Notes: a model not told the origin generated them from the letters alone. A stretch of DNA of 64,000 nucleotides from Chiloscyllium plagiosum (GCF_004010195.1 NC_057721.1:44719240-44783239), one strand, 5' to 3'; positions 1 through 12,719 are shown, numbered from the stretch's first letter. Numbers and translations are program-made.

Positions 1-791
1 CCAGTGATGATTCTTCAGAACAGTTTTGAAGAACAGTTTCTCCAGAAATTTATGTTTTTGTTTCAGATTTCCAATACTTGCATTTCTTTTTTTTATATTG
101 TGGTGTCTAAGGAGCTGTGGCAAGTTGTTGCTGTGTCTTTTGCAGGACACACTGCTGACTTCGTGTGTTCCTGTGTAGGGAGTGAATATTGCAGCCGTGA
201 GATGGGGTGCCAATCAAACAGGTTGCTTTGACCTGGATGGTGTCAAGCTTCTTGAGTGTTGTTGACCATGCTCTGAGATGTTGGGGATTGCTGTCCAAGA
301 TGGAGGCCCAGAGGAATAAGCAGCAAGATGGAATCACCAGATTACTGCTCTGACTTTCATGTCAGGACTTGTCCCTATCTAGTTTCCATCCATTCATTGG
401 GGCTAAAGGAAACTACATATCAATGAGGTGGAATTAGATAGTAATGGCATGGATGTAAAAACCCCTCTAGTTGCTTAATACCAAGATTCTTGTCTTGCCA
501 TTAAAAACTGATGAATCTCTTTTATTGATGCCAAGAATCTAATTTCTGCCATTTCCCCAAATGACTCATCAATGCTCATGTTGTTCAGGGCTGGGAGGAT
601 TCTACCAATGGTGCTATCTCGAAGAACAGCGAGGGAGTAATCCCTACTGGCCAAGCCAATAATTACCCCACAACAACTATTACAACAAGAAGTACTGTGA
701 CCCTTTTAGCTCTGGCTGAAGGGGAAACCTGTGAAAAGGCATTACTGAGATGCTGTGCACATGGAATTGGGCACAAAGTGAGTCAGATTAA

Positions 792-2540
792 CTGAGGAGT
801 AGACAGATAGGAGGCTGGAAAAACACAGCAAGCCGGGCAGCATCAGCAGGTGTAGAAATAGACGTTTCGGATGTAACCCTTCTTCAGGACTGGGGGTGGC
901 TGTAGGGGCATCTGCAGATAAAGGGAGTAGCGCGGGCAGGGTGGTGAAGTGGGGATAGGTGAAGACAGGCAGAAAGTATGACCTGGTTGGTCAATAGGGG
1001 AATGGATCCAGTTGGTGGCTGGGAGGAGAGGGAGAGGCTAGGAAGGGTGTCGGGGATGGAGAGGGAGGTATGTCAAATTGGAGAACTCAATGTTGAGTCC
1101 TCTGGGCTGTTGGGTTCCCAGGCGGAAGATAAGGTGTTGTTCCTCCAATAGACGTTGTATTTGTTTTGGCAATGGAGGAGGCCAAGGATGGTCATGCCGG
1201 AAAGGGAGTGGGTGGGGAATTGAAATGGGTGGTGACTGGAGGTCCGATCGGCCCCTGTGGACCCGGCTGCGATGTTGAGTTTATGTTCGGTCTCCCCGAT
1301 GTTGAGAAGATCACACTGAGAGCACCTGATGCAGTAAACTAGGGTGGAAGAGAGGCAGGTTGGCCTGTCTCACTTGGAAGGATTGTTTGGGGCCCTGGAT
1401 GGAAGTGAGGGGGTGCTCTACTGGCATGTTTTGCACCTTTTCTAGTGGCAGGGAAGGTACCTGTATGTTCGGTGGCAGGGGTGGCGTGAACCAACGAGTG
1501 TCGGAGGGAACAGTCCTTATGGAATGCAGACAGGGGTGGGGAGGGGAAGATGTTCTTGGTGGTGGGGTCTAGTTGGAGTTGGCAGAAATGTTTGAGGAAG
1601 ATGTGTTGAATGCAGAGACTAGTGGGGTGCAACGCATCCAACGCGTCATTCTCAAACACTTCCACAAACTCCAACTAGACCCCCAACACTAAGAACATCT
1701 TCCCCTCCCCAGCCCTCTCTGCATTCCACAAGGACCATTCCCTCTGACACTCCTTGGTTTATGCCACCTCCGCCACCGAACATCCAGGTACCTTCCCCTG
1801 CAACCAGAAAAAAATGCAAAACCTGCCAGTACACCACCCACTCACCTCCATCCACGGCCCCAAACAGTCCTTCCAGTTGAGACAGAGCTTCACCTGCCTC
1901 TCCTCCAACCTAGTTTACTGCATCAGGTGCTCTCAGTGTGATCTTCTCAACATCGGGGAGACCGAACATAAACTCAACATCGCAGCCGGGTAAGCTTAGG
2001 GAAAGCTCACCGAGCATCACAGCCGGGTCCACAGGGGCCAACTGGGCCTCCCAGTCACCAGCCATTTTAATTCCCCTTCCCACATCCTTTCCAACATGTC
2101 CATCCTTGGCCTCCTCCATTGCCAAAACCACAGCGCCTATTGGAGGAACAACACCTTATCTTCTGCCTCGGCACCCTACAGCCCAGAGGACTCAACATTG
2201 AGTTCTCTAATTTCAATTAACCTCTCTTTCTATCCTCTGACTCCCCTACCAGCTCCTCCCCCATCCCCCACTGCTCCCTGCTACCAACTAGATTCATTCC
2301 TCCCATTGACCAACCAGGTCGTACCCTCTACCTGTCTTCACCTATTGCCCCTTGACTACCCTGCCCCGACCTCCCCCTTTTATCTTCAGCTCCTCCCCAC
2401 TCCCACCCCCAGCCCTGAAGGAGGGTTACACCTGAAATGTCGACTTCTACACCTCCTGATGCTGCCTGGCTTGTTGTGTTCTCCCAGCCTCCTGCTTGTC
2501 TACCTTAAGTTCCAGCATCTGCAATTTTTTTTGTCTCTGT
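792..2540. mobile_element. Penelope-like element, inverted (fold-back) pair of 3' halves: minus arm ~792-1630, plus arm ~1640-2540 with degenerate GIY-YIG endonuclease
   Basis: The plus arm reads LVYCIRCSQCDLLNIGET...PVTSHFN (PLE GIY-YIG). The minus arm is its reverse complement. A direct repeat TCAGATTAA at 783-791 and 2541-2549 is a candidate TSD. Both arms end in hammerhead-like motifs (861-890 minus, 2412-2444 plus). Confidence 0.8.
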
Positions 2541-2589
2541 TCAGATTAAGAGAGGGGTCCTGAGATAGAGGCTGGTCAGTTAGAGCAAT

Positions 2590-2935
2590 ATCAAATTGTG
2601 TTTTGTGGGTTTTTGCTGGAAGCACACTGGTTGCTGAATTTCTTACATTAAAATCATGATTACAATCTAAAAACTTCATTACAAAACGCTGTGAAGTGTT
2701 TTGTAATGAAGTGCTACATAAATGAAAGTGTTTCCAATACTGTCACAAGAATGCGATTTGGAATTGTTTACATCCCCAAGAGAGTAGATAGGGCCCTGGT
2801 TTACCATCTCATCTGAAAGATGGATAGCTCAAACTCCCTCGCTGAAGTGACAGCGTGAGATGATCTCCTAGAGTTCGATTTGAATTCACAACCTTCTACC
2901 TCAGCGATGTGGGCGCTACCAGCTGAGACAAGGCT
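2590..2935. mobile_element. Old DeuSINE/SacSINE1-like fragments next to the TRIM45 promoter (3' tail on + at ~2590-2730; tRNA head plus Deu domain on - at ~2750-2935)
   Basis: The minus strand has a tRNA-like A/B-box head followed by TCTTTCAGATGAGATGGTAAACCAGG, which resembles the recalled Deu-domain consensus. The plus segment ends GCTACATAAATGAAAGT, like L2/DeuSINE tails. Confidence 0.55.
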
Positions 2936-2979
2936 GCTGCTTACTGATATGTTGATTTTTCTGTTCGCTGTACAGATAT

Positions 2980-3600
2980 TCCTAAATAATTGCGACATTT
3001 TGTGCAAGTTTGGCAGACTCGTGAACGCGCATGAGACGACATAAAAAGGGTAGACTTCTTATCACTTGCCCTCCGATCCTGCACTGGCAGCACCTTGCAG
3101 ATACTTCTGCCTGAAACGCCTCTTGGAAAACTCTTGGAGCATTGATCATCGAAAATGCACTTCCTGGGATCGACCTGAGGGTGGGAACTGCTGGTTGGCT
3201 TGCTCAGCTGTCAATCACAAAGGAAGTTAGGGTGGTGAGGAGTTAGAGTGAATAGTTTGGAAGTTTTTGTTCGAAACTTTATTCTGGACCAGCGGTGTTC
3301 TTTGTTCGGATTTTAAACAATGGAGAAAACCGAAAGGGGGGGTTATGGAAAGTTGAAGGGAGTTGGTGGTTCTGGTTGAGTGAATAGCAGGGATTGCGTT
3401 ACGAGTCGAGACCAGGTTAATTTATATTTAGCTGACGGGAAATCGACTGTTTCATGTTATATGGTGGTCCGCACTATAATGTCAATCACTGTCGCAATTT
3501 AATGATCGATGGCAAAGTTTTTCGAAAGATATCGATTTTAAACATTTGACAACAAAGCCTAACGCTATATTCAAGTTAAAAATACGGTTCTGCGGCTGGA
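2980..3600 (+). promoter_or_regulatory. Putative TRIM45 promoter / 5' UTR region
   Basis: Locally CpG-enriched, non-repetitive sequence upstream of the ATG. It contains an ETS core CACTTCCTGG (~3158), a PBX-PREP/MEIS decamer CTGTCAATCA (3208-3217) and a second TGTCAATCA (3480-3488). A possible non-coding-exon donor CAG|GTTAAT lies at 3415/3416. Confidence 0.55.
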
Positions 3601-3849
3601 AACATGTCTTGAATTTTTAGCCACCTTCCTGTGAATGGACTGGGATTTTTTTTGGAATATTTAATACATGTTTTCGAGCCCACAATATTCATCAATGGGC
3701 AGCTTAAGTTAAAAAGCAGAAATAATTAACATTTCAGATCTTACTTAACCAACTAGAATACTTAAGTTTTTGTTTTGGTTTTGAGATGTTGAATATACAT
3801 AGCACTTAGGAATTTGAATTAGATTTAGTTGTGTGCATATTATCCAAAA

Positions 3850-4289
3850 ATGTCGGAGAGTCAGGAAAATACCTTTGTACCAAGTTCAGCATCTCCAAGG
3901 AGCTGCAGGACGAAGTGTTCGATTTGTAAAAACCTGTACACTGATCCAAGGATCTTGCCTTGTCTTCATACGTTCTGCCTGGACTGTGTGAGTGGCTTAG
4001 AGCAGCTGTCCATTGCCAGGACTCAGAGGGAGGATGAGTCCTGGTCACTCGACTGCGCCGAGCCTAGGACCTGTATCCTGTGTCCAGTCTGTGACTGTGA
4101 AGTGAATGTACCTGCTGCTGGTCTGCGAGAACTGACCAGCAACCATCTCATTCAGAATGAAGTTTTCCTGGAAAGTCTGAGGAGACCTGACTACTGGCTA
4201 GTCTGTGATCTTTGTAACGATGGGAATGCTGAAACAAGGTGTCACATCTGCTCAACAAATCTCTGTGACTTCTGCTCTAAAGCACACAG
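3850..4289 (+). CDS. TRIM45: TRIM45 coding exon 1 (RING finger, start of B-box 1)
   Basis: ATG at 3850. RING CSIC...PCLHTFCLDC...CPVC and B-box CDLC...CHICSTNLCDFCSKAH. Donor AG|GTAAAA at 4289/4290, phase 2. Confidence 0.95.
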
Positions 4290-4351
4290 GTAAAACCCAG
4301 CTCTTTGGGGATGTTATCGGTTTCTGTTAAAGTTTTGTTTAATTCGATTCC

Positions 4352-4643
4352 ATCCCTGGGCAACTGTTTTTGTGGAGTTTACACATTTTCCTGTATCCGC
4401 ATGGATTTCCTCCAGGTACTCTGGTTTCCTCCCTCAGGCCAAAGATGTGCAGGTTAGTTGGATTGGTCATGGTTAATTACCCATGATGTCCAGGGATGTG
4501 CAGGCTAGGTGGGTTAGCCATGGGAAGTGCAGGATTACGGGGACAGGCTATGAGGCATGGGTCTGTGTGGGATGCTCTTTGGAAGGTCAGTGTGGACTTG
4601 ATGGGCCAAATGGTCTGCTTCCACGCTGTAGGGATTCTGTGAT
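4352..4643 (+). mobile_element. HE1-like V-SINE, 5'-truncated and diverged
   Basis: V-SINE core GTGGAGTTT...GGATTTCCTCCAGGTACTCTGGTTTCCTCCC...AAAGATGTGCAGGTTAG. Confidence 0.75.
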
Positions 4644-4866
4644 TCTACAATGTTTAAAAGCATCTGAGGATGGGTAAATACATAGGAAGAGTTTAGAGAG
4701 ATTTGGGCCAAATGCTGCCAAATAGGTCAGATTGGAATGTCTGGTTAGCATGGACAAGTTGGACTGAAGGGTTTGTTTCCATACCATGTGACTCTATAAC
4801 GAGAAAAAAATCTCATTTGCTATAAGAACAACTTGCACTTACATGACACCTATAAATATAGCAAAA

Positions 4867-5064
4867 ACAGAAATTGCTGAAGAAACTCAGCAGATCTGGC
4901 AGCATCTGTGGGAAGAAAGCAGAGTTAACATTTTGAATCACCAGACTTGAAACGTTAACTCTGCTTTCTTCCCACAGATGCTGCCAGACCTGCTGAGTTT
5001 CTCCAGCAATTCCTGTTCTTGTATCAGATTTCTAGCATCCACAGTTCTTTCTTTTTATTTTATG
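4867..5064. mobile_element. Fold-back PLE-tail insertion (GAAACGTTAACTCTG family)
   Basis: Near-perfect inverted repeat centred at ~4940. 14-bp TSD TAAATATAGCAAAA at 4853-4866 and 5065-5078. Confidence 0.8.
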
Positions 5065-5116
5065 TAAATATAGCAAAATGCCCAAAGACATTTCGCTGGG
5101 GAAGTTTAATACTTAG

Positions 5117-5334
5117 GAGAAAGTGAGGACTGCAGATGCTGGAAATCAGAGCTTAAAAATGTGCTGCTGGAAAAGTGCAGCAGGTCAGGCAGCATCAAAG
5201 GAGGAGGAGAATCGATGTTTCGGGCATAAGCCCTTCTTCAGGAAGCAGGGCTGAAGAAGGACTTCTGCCCGAAACGTCGATTCTCCTGCTCCTTTGATGC
5301 TGCCTGACTTGCGCTTTTCCAGCAGCACATTTTT
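5117..5334. mobile_element. Fold-back PLE-tail insertion with two outward-facing hammerhead motifs
   Basis: Inverted arms. TSD AAGTTTAATACTTAG at 5102-5116 and 5335-5349. CTGAAGA...GAAACGTC on + (5251-5282) and a CpG-decayed copy on - (~5211-5243). Confidence 0.8.
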
Positions 5335-7994
5335 AAGTTTAATACTTAGCCAGACAAGCAAAAAATAAGGCAAATGATGCAAAATGCATCAAAGTAGATT
5401 TTGAAGAGTCTTTTAAATTATGATATCAAGGTAGAGATTTAAATCCAGAGTTTCGGGCCCAGATAGCTGAAGGCACAGTCACCATGATGGAACAGTTAGG
5501 ACTGGAAATGCTGAAAGCAAGAAACTAGAATTAGAGGACAGCAGGAAGGTGGGACTGGAAGAGCTTACAAGGGTAGGCAGGGGTGAGGCTATATGTGAGA
5601 ATAAATATCTCAGAGGGTTGGGTGGCTGGGGGAGATAAGGAGAGATGAGACTTTGGAGTGATTTGAAAGTGAGAATATGTATTGCAAAATAGAAGTGTTG
5701 TTTAACCCCAAACCAAAATAGTCCAAAAATCACCAGATTGAACATGAATGGGAGGCTTGTTAGGGCTGAGTTCAAATAGTGACATCTCAGGGTAACAAAG
5801 CAGGTAGATGAAGTCTTTGCATCATTTGAGCTGAAACAGTGGTGAGGGTCAGATGATGTTACAGTCTGAATGATGCTGTGAATGCATGGATTGGAGCTGA
5901 TCTTGGCGTCAGGTGTGACATGAGGTTATGTACATCTGGTTTAATATTATACACTTGGATGGTGCTGGGTGGTAGAGTTATTGACAGGGAATGAATGCAA
6001 TGGTTTTGGTCTTTATAATATTCAGAAGGAGAACAGACAGTCTAATGCTGGAGAGGTCACGAGAAGTTGTAGTGTGGTAAAGCTGAGTCTCGCTGTTTGG
6101 ATGATGTACCTCACTGATAGCCTGTAGAAAAGAATAGGAAGGGGCCAGGTCTAGAGTGTGGGACTGGGAAGATAAACCATTGCAAGTGCTTCTCTGACAT
6201 TGATTTGAATAGTGATGTCCACATCCCAGGAGTGAATAATTAAAAAGGTCTTTGTCCCAGGAATCAACCCAATGAGCCTTCTGTGAACTGCCTCCAATGA
6301 AATCTATATCTCTTTAATGAGAAGTTCAAAACTGTACACAGTACCGTAGGGTGGTCTCACCAGTGCCCTAATGTGTTGGAGCGATACGTACCTACTTACA
6401 TATTACAGCCCATTTGCAATAATAGTCATTGTTCCATTTCCTATTCTAATTATTTGCTGTAACATATGGTGACACCCAGATCTCTCTGTACTGCAACATT
6501 CTTCCAGCTTTCCGCTTTAAAATAATATGCTGCTCTTCTTCCTACCAGCGTGGATAATTTTTTATTTCTCCCACAAAAGACTTTTGCTAAATTTATCCCA
6601 CTTAACTAACTAGACTATGTTTTCCAGCTTTCTGCTCCCTCCTCTTCTGGATAGGAGTTTTACATTTGTCATTTTTCAATCACCTGGGAACTTTTCAGAA
6701 TTTAGGGAATTTTGGAAGATTACAATCAATGCATCTCTTATCTCTGCAGGAACTTTGTCTGTCAGCTGTTAGTCTCATGAGTTTGTCAATTACTGTTTCT
6801 CAAGTGATTGTCTGTAATCCTCCCTCCTTTTTGCCTCCTGGTTTTCTTCTACTATAGAGATGGTTATTATTGTTTTCTCACAAGAATTTGAGATTTTACA
6901 AAAAAAAACTGCTGAAGAAACTCACCAGGTCTGGCAGTATATGTGGAGGGAGATACAGAGACAACCTTTTAAATCCCATTCTACTCTTCAGTAGAACTGA
7001 AGGGGGCTGGAAAAGTGAGCCTTGTGTTCCATTTTCATTCTGTGGGTGGAAAGGTAGGAGCGGTGATGGCAGAAAATGTAATTGAAATCTAATCTTGCTT
7101 GCATTTCTCTCTGGGTTTTCAAACTGCTCAAATTTAGAAAAATTATATCAGACACCTATAATTGAAGAATATGAAGTTTTGCAATGCAACACTATTATCC
7201 TATACTATACCTGTACTGACAAGTCTGATTCCTTTGCTGTTGATGTAAGAACATTGAAGCATAGTCTGATACCACTGTGTCCACCTGCAAGAGACAGTCA
7301 AAACTTAAAGATTCAAAAAGGACAATACTTGATTCACTGTTTTTAATTCACTGTTATACTGCTTGAACGTGTGTAATTTTGTTTTGATAATATGTTTAAT
7401 TGAATTTCACCAGCAGCTTCCCCTACTTTGCAAACAGAATGAATGTTAATGTAGTAGAAAAGCCGTAAATTAATGAGTGAAAATGAGTCATTCACCTGTT
7501 AGCTGTCTTTGATAGACAATGGACTGGGTGCTGGCAGGTGGCACTAGATTGGGTTGGGATATCTGGTCGGCATGGGCGAGTTGGACCGAAGGGTCTGTTT
7601 CTATGCTGTACGACTCTATGACTCTAAGGTAGAATCAACATATTCGTTCCAAGTCTCATCCATTTACTAGTTTTCCATTGCTAACATTATAATATATCAA
7701 TATTTACTTAAGCTATTCACTTTTGTTTTATATACTTATGGAAGCTTTTGTATTGATGTATTTTGCATTTAGTTTCATTATCTATTTTTCAATTTGTTTT
7801 TCAATCTCCCTTGGTTTGTTTCAAAACTTTTCCTAACTTCTTGCCAACTTCTAATTTCTGAAATTAACATGGTCATTCTAACAGATGAGAACCTTAACAA
7901 ACAATCCAGGTCTTTTTCAGTGTATAATTTCAGTTACATCACACTGTAAACCTTTGCTATAAATTCTGTGTCTCACAATCTTATACTCCACAAC

Positions 7995-8029
7995 CACCTG
8001 ATGAAGGAACAGCGCTCCGAAAGCTAGTG
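7995..8029 (+). ncRNA. Minimal type-I hammerhead ribozyme motif in a PLE 3' tail (~7880-8110), TRIM45 intron 1
   Basis: CAC-CTGATGA-A-GGAAC AGC GCTCC-GAAA-GC-TA^GTG: intact core, stem I CAC/GTG, palindromic stem III AGCT. Confidence 0.65.
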
Positions 8030-8353
8030 CTTCCAATTAAACCTGTTGGACTATAACTTGGTGTTGTGTGATTTTTAACTTTGTATACAACACCGGCATC
8101 TCCAAATCATGTTTAATTTCCACAGTATTTTACACTTTTGTTTTCCATTTAATGCCATCCATAACTTCGTTAATCAGCCACTATGGTTTATTCTTCTGGC
8201 TGAGTCTTTCTTTCTCAGCAAAATATATCTTTGTTGAGCATTATGATGTGAGTCATGATCATTTTAGAAATAAATGTATGTAATTAAAAATATAAAAACA
8301 TTCTGGTCATCATATGGTTAAAGCTCTAAAACAAATCCCTTCACCCCCTGCAG

Positions 8354-9090
8354 GAGGCAGAAGATGACTGCTTCTCACAATACAGTGGCGCTAACGGACC
8401 TACAAGGTGGAAATGAGAGAGTCAATAAGTCCATCATGTGCTCTGCTCATCCTGCAGAGGAGCTGAGGCTGTTTTGTGAGACATGTGATCGTTTGGTATG
8501 CAGGGATTGTTGTGTGGTGGATCACCGTGATCATAACTGTGATTTTGTCATGAGTGTCATTAACAAACATGGTGGCTTCATCAGGCAACTTCTGAAGCAA
8601 ACACAACCACATATTGCTGGATTGCAGGAGACTTTGCAAAGGATTGCAGATACGAGGCAGCTGGTGCAAAAGCGACTGAGAACTGTAACTGAAGAAATCA
8701 ATCAGTTTACAGAGGATTATATCAGGGCAATGGAGAAACATCGGAGCAGGCTTTTGAAAGAACTGGAAGAGCTGAGGATCCAGAAGGAGAACTCCCTGAA
8801 TCTTCAGCAGATCCAGTTACAACAGATCCTGGCAGATATGAAGACTGGAGTGGATTTCACTGAGCACTTGCTCACCAGTGGCTCTCCTGTGGAAATCCTC
8901 CTGACCAAACCTGTGGTAGTCAACCGTTTGAAGCTGCTGAATAAGACAAGTTACAGCACTCACCCCAGAGAGGATGATGGAATACAATTCCAGCAACAGG
9001 AGAAAGCGGTACAGTGTGACGGATTTGAGGTATTCGGAATCATTGTCACAAAGACACTTGATCCCAGCAAGTGTCTCCTTCAGGGTGAAG
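8354..9090 (+). CDS. TRIM45: TRIM45 coding exon 2 (end of B-box 1, B-box 2, coiled coil)
   Basis: Acceptor CCCCCTGCAG|G restores HRRQKMTASH across the junction. B-box 2 CSAHPAEELRLFCETCDRLVCRDCCVVDHRDH, then a long coiled coil. Donor G|GTAAGT at 9090/9091, phase 1. Confidence 0.96.
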
Positions 9091-9439
9091 GTAAGTGAGA
9101 GAAAGATGATCACAACTTTTCAAGTGTGGAATTCCTTTTAAAAGTGTTTGAAATATTCTTCCTCTTCAAATGGATTTGGGTGCAGTGTGAGAATTGGGGA
9201 TCACGTTACAAACTTCAGTGTGAGGTTGTGGCCAAGTGGAATGGTGGAAGTGCTAAATATGAAATAAGGACCATCCATTCGGATGTCTAGCAAATAAAGC
9301 ATTGAGAAAGCCTGTGATAAAGAAAGTAGGTAATGCTGTTGGTTCCAGGGTGGTAACATGCTGCTCGTGTTATGAAGGTAAGTCAAGGCCACGTCTGTTT
9401 TCCAGGTTTGCTTAGCACTATAACGAATGGGTGAAAAAA

Positions 9440-10500
9440 GAATATCTTGTAGACTTGGGCATTTACAGCACAGAAGCAAGCCATTTTGCCCGTAATGTCT
9501 TCGCCCACCAACAAAGATCTGATTACACCAATCTCACATTCCATCTCTTGGTCTATAAGCCTTGAATCTATCGCAATACAAGTAAATATGGAACTACAAA
9601 TTAAATATGACAAGTATTTCTGACTCAACCAGCCTTTCAGGCCCTAAGTTCCAGATTCCTGCCTGCCTTTGTGTGAAAAGCATTATCCTTGACTCTCTCT
9701 TCTTAGTCTCCTATCTTTTACCTTAGATTTATGGCCCCTGGATATTGACCTATTTTCTAATGAAAAGAAGTGCCTTTATATCCATCCATTTATGCCCCTC
9801 AAAACCTTGTACACCTCTACGTAGTCCCCTCTCAATCTTTACTACTTCAAAAAGAACAGTTCTAGCCTTTCTAATTTTTCCTCATGGCTCCGTTAAGTTT
9901 CCTCCTGATAAATCTCCTTTGCATCCTTTCTAGTGACCAGAACTGCCTGTGATACTCTGGTTGTGACCTAACCAGTGTTTTATACAACGGAGTTATTTCA
10001 GCATGACCTCCCTGCTTTTGTATTCTGTACCTCGCTAATAAAGGCAAGTATCTTATATGCCTTCTTAATCACTTTATCACAAGCCTTGCATCTTTCAGGG
10101 AATCTGTGAGCATGCACACTGAGGTCTCTCTGATTTCAATATGTGCTCAGGTCCCAGCATTTAATGTGTGTGCTTTGCATTGTTAGCCCTCACTAAATGC
10201 ATTAACCAGCTGAATTCCAGGCTGCATTCCTTTTGCCATTGCTGCATGACTACCTGACCAGTCCATTGGTGTCCTCCTATAGTTTATGGCTATTCTCCTC
10301 ACTTTTTACCACCCTACCAGTTTCTGTGTCATCCACAAACCTCTGATCATACCACCTATATTTAAGCCAAATCATTAACATGCATCTCCACAGCAAGGGC
10401 CCCACTATTGACTGGAAATAGACTTCTAATCACAGATTTATTCCTCTACCATCACCCTCTGTTTCCTGCCTCAGACAATTTTGCATCCACTGTTATCACT
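9440..10500 (-). mobile_element. Degraded CR1 LINE 3' portion
   Basis: The reverse complement resembles the RT C-terminus and 3' UTR of the younger CR1 copy at 27258-28533. Confidence 0.6.
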
Positions 10501-12719
10501 TTGTCGGAATCCCTTGGACACTTACATTCATCATGTTTTATCAGTAGCAAGAACAAATCATCACTCTATTCAGTCAGAATATTCAACAGGGTCAACATTG
10601 AATTAATCAGAAAGCTCATAACTGAGGCTGTAGAAACTTAAAAAAAAACTCTTTTCACATGAACTTTGCTTTGGTAACAGTGGTGAGACTGTCAGTGTTC
10701 TACAGAAACCGACAGCAGTTTTAGGAGTTCCCATGTGTGCAGAATAACGTGGAAATCCATTCGTTGCTGTCAGTGATAATAACAGAAAGTTCAGTAAATA
10801 ATCAGCAGTTCAGGAGCCTCGGTGGAGGGAGAAATAAAGACTGGAATCTTCACCTCCCTGAAAAGCAGCAGGGAAAGTATTGGGTGGGAATTTGATTGGG
10901 CAAGTTGGCATCGGGGGAGATCCTCACCAGCTTCCCAGCACGCCAACAGCCGGGACCCTTGACCTCTTCATGTCACTGCCACCATTAACTCCGTTCCTAG
11001 GTGGCAAAAACACTGGCCGCCTCCTCAATGGGTCAAAACCCTTGCAGCCAGATTAGTAAGTGGCAAGCCAACCCCCTGCCTTTGCTTCCAACCCTTTGAC
11101 TTTTGGCCTCTGACTGGCAGCTCCAAGCAGGCGGGGCATCACAGTCCCAGGTGGTGATCCTGGCCGAAAGCCCACCGAGTGATTTCTCCAAGCCTGACTG
11201 GTGGGCCTTTTGGTTCATCTTGATGGGTTTGGGGTCGGGGGCCCTCATTTATTCTTACCACTATCACCACGGTTACAGAAAATTCAGTCCAAGATTAATA
11301 TTTCAGGTCACAATCTTCCATTATAACTGGGCAAGTGAGAAATGTGAATATTTTAAGCAGTTGAAGAGTGGATAGGGCTTATTTTAAAGAAAAGAACAAA
11401 AGGGCAGGTCAGCGATAGGGTCGAAGGCAGGAGAAATTAAATGGCAAAAGTCTTGATGGTGCAAGGCAAAAGGGAGGTTTTAACATGACAAGTAAAGAAA
11501 CAAAAGATGTGTTTAATGGAGGTGTGAGCTTCAGAATCATGGGAAACTGTCATCTCAAAGGGTTTAAAAAAGAGAGAAAGCAAATATAGCAAAGTGAAAG
11601 CAAGCAAAGTTTCGATTGCAATTGCACCAGTGGAGGGCAGTGTATAACAGATGTTGCCACCCGTTGGGGTAGTGTGCTGTATATTGAACCCTAATATTCT
11701 GAGAATTGTACCAAATGTGAAAGTTTTTTTAAGGTACTTACTGTACCTCACTTCATCTGACTTTCAGACCAAGGTTGATAGAAAGTATGGACCAGGTTTC
11801 TATACCAACCAAGAATTATTATTTATTCCAAGTAATTCAACTTTAGCTGCATGGATATGAACTATTTACATATAACTAAAACTCTAATTCCCTTATAAAC
11901 TCCCCTTTATACACACCTGTACAAATAAATAGGAAAAATAGATTATTATCAGAGATAGAAAAAACTGCAAAGTCAATTGAGTGGTCTTTGTTTCCTGGTT
12001 CTAATGTTGAGGTAATTCCATAATAAAAACCAAAAGACCTGCGGATGCGAGAAAGCAAAAACAAAAACCGAAATTGCTGTAAAAGTTTCGCAGTTCTGAG
12101 GAAGGACAACTAGACTGAAATTTTACCTCTGATTTCTCTCCATAGCTGCTGCCAGACCTGCTTACCTTTTCCAGCAATTTCCTTTCTTATTTTGAGGTAG
12201 ACCTTCAGCTGGCCAGATTCCTGTGTTAGTCAGTTATCTTTCCCTGGATTACTTCTGCTGGTCGATTTTAAGAAATACAGAGTAACTGATTCAGTTGGAA
12301 AATGTCTTTGATGTATCATTTCAAAAGTCACAAGATATAGCAACTGCTGTAAGAAAAGTAATTGGTTTCCTTCAGGGTTTGAACTGATTTATTGACTGTT
12401 AGTTAGCTGAAAACTACAATCAGCTTCACTTGTAAACAACCCCTTGGTTTCTGATTGTCTGGACATTGCAGGAATCCAAAGCCACAAAAACAGAGTTCAC
12501 AACAGGTATTAAATTCCTTGTTGTGAACTTCTGCAGCCATCCTGGTAAATCATGTTTTTAAAAACAGCTCTTTCTCATTGCAGTTTCCGTTATCTGCCCC
12601 AGTATCACCTTTGTAGCTGGTATGATGTAGAGGGTGTAGGGCCCACAGATAGGCTATGGCCATGCTAACTTAACTGGATTTAACATCTCTTTCTACGACC
12701 TTCAAACCCATTGGTGGGG

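Noticed and set aside
8400-9113. Minus-strand ORFs overlapping TRIM45 exon 2
   Set aside because: Antisense shadows of a coding exon with no recognisable motifs or splice structure.
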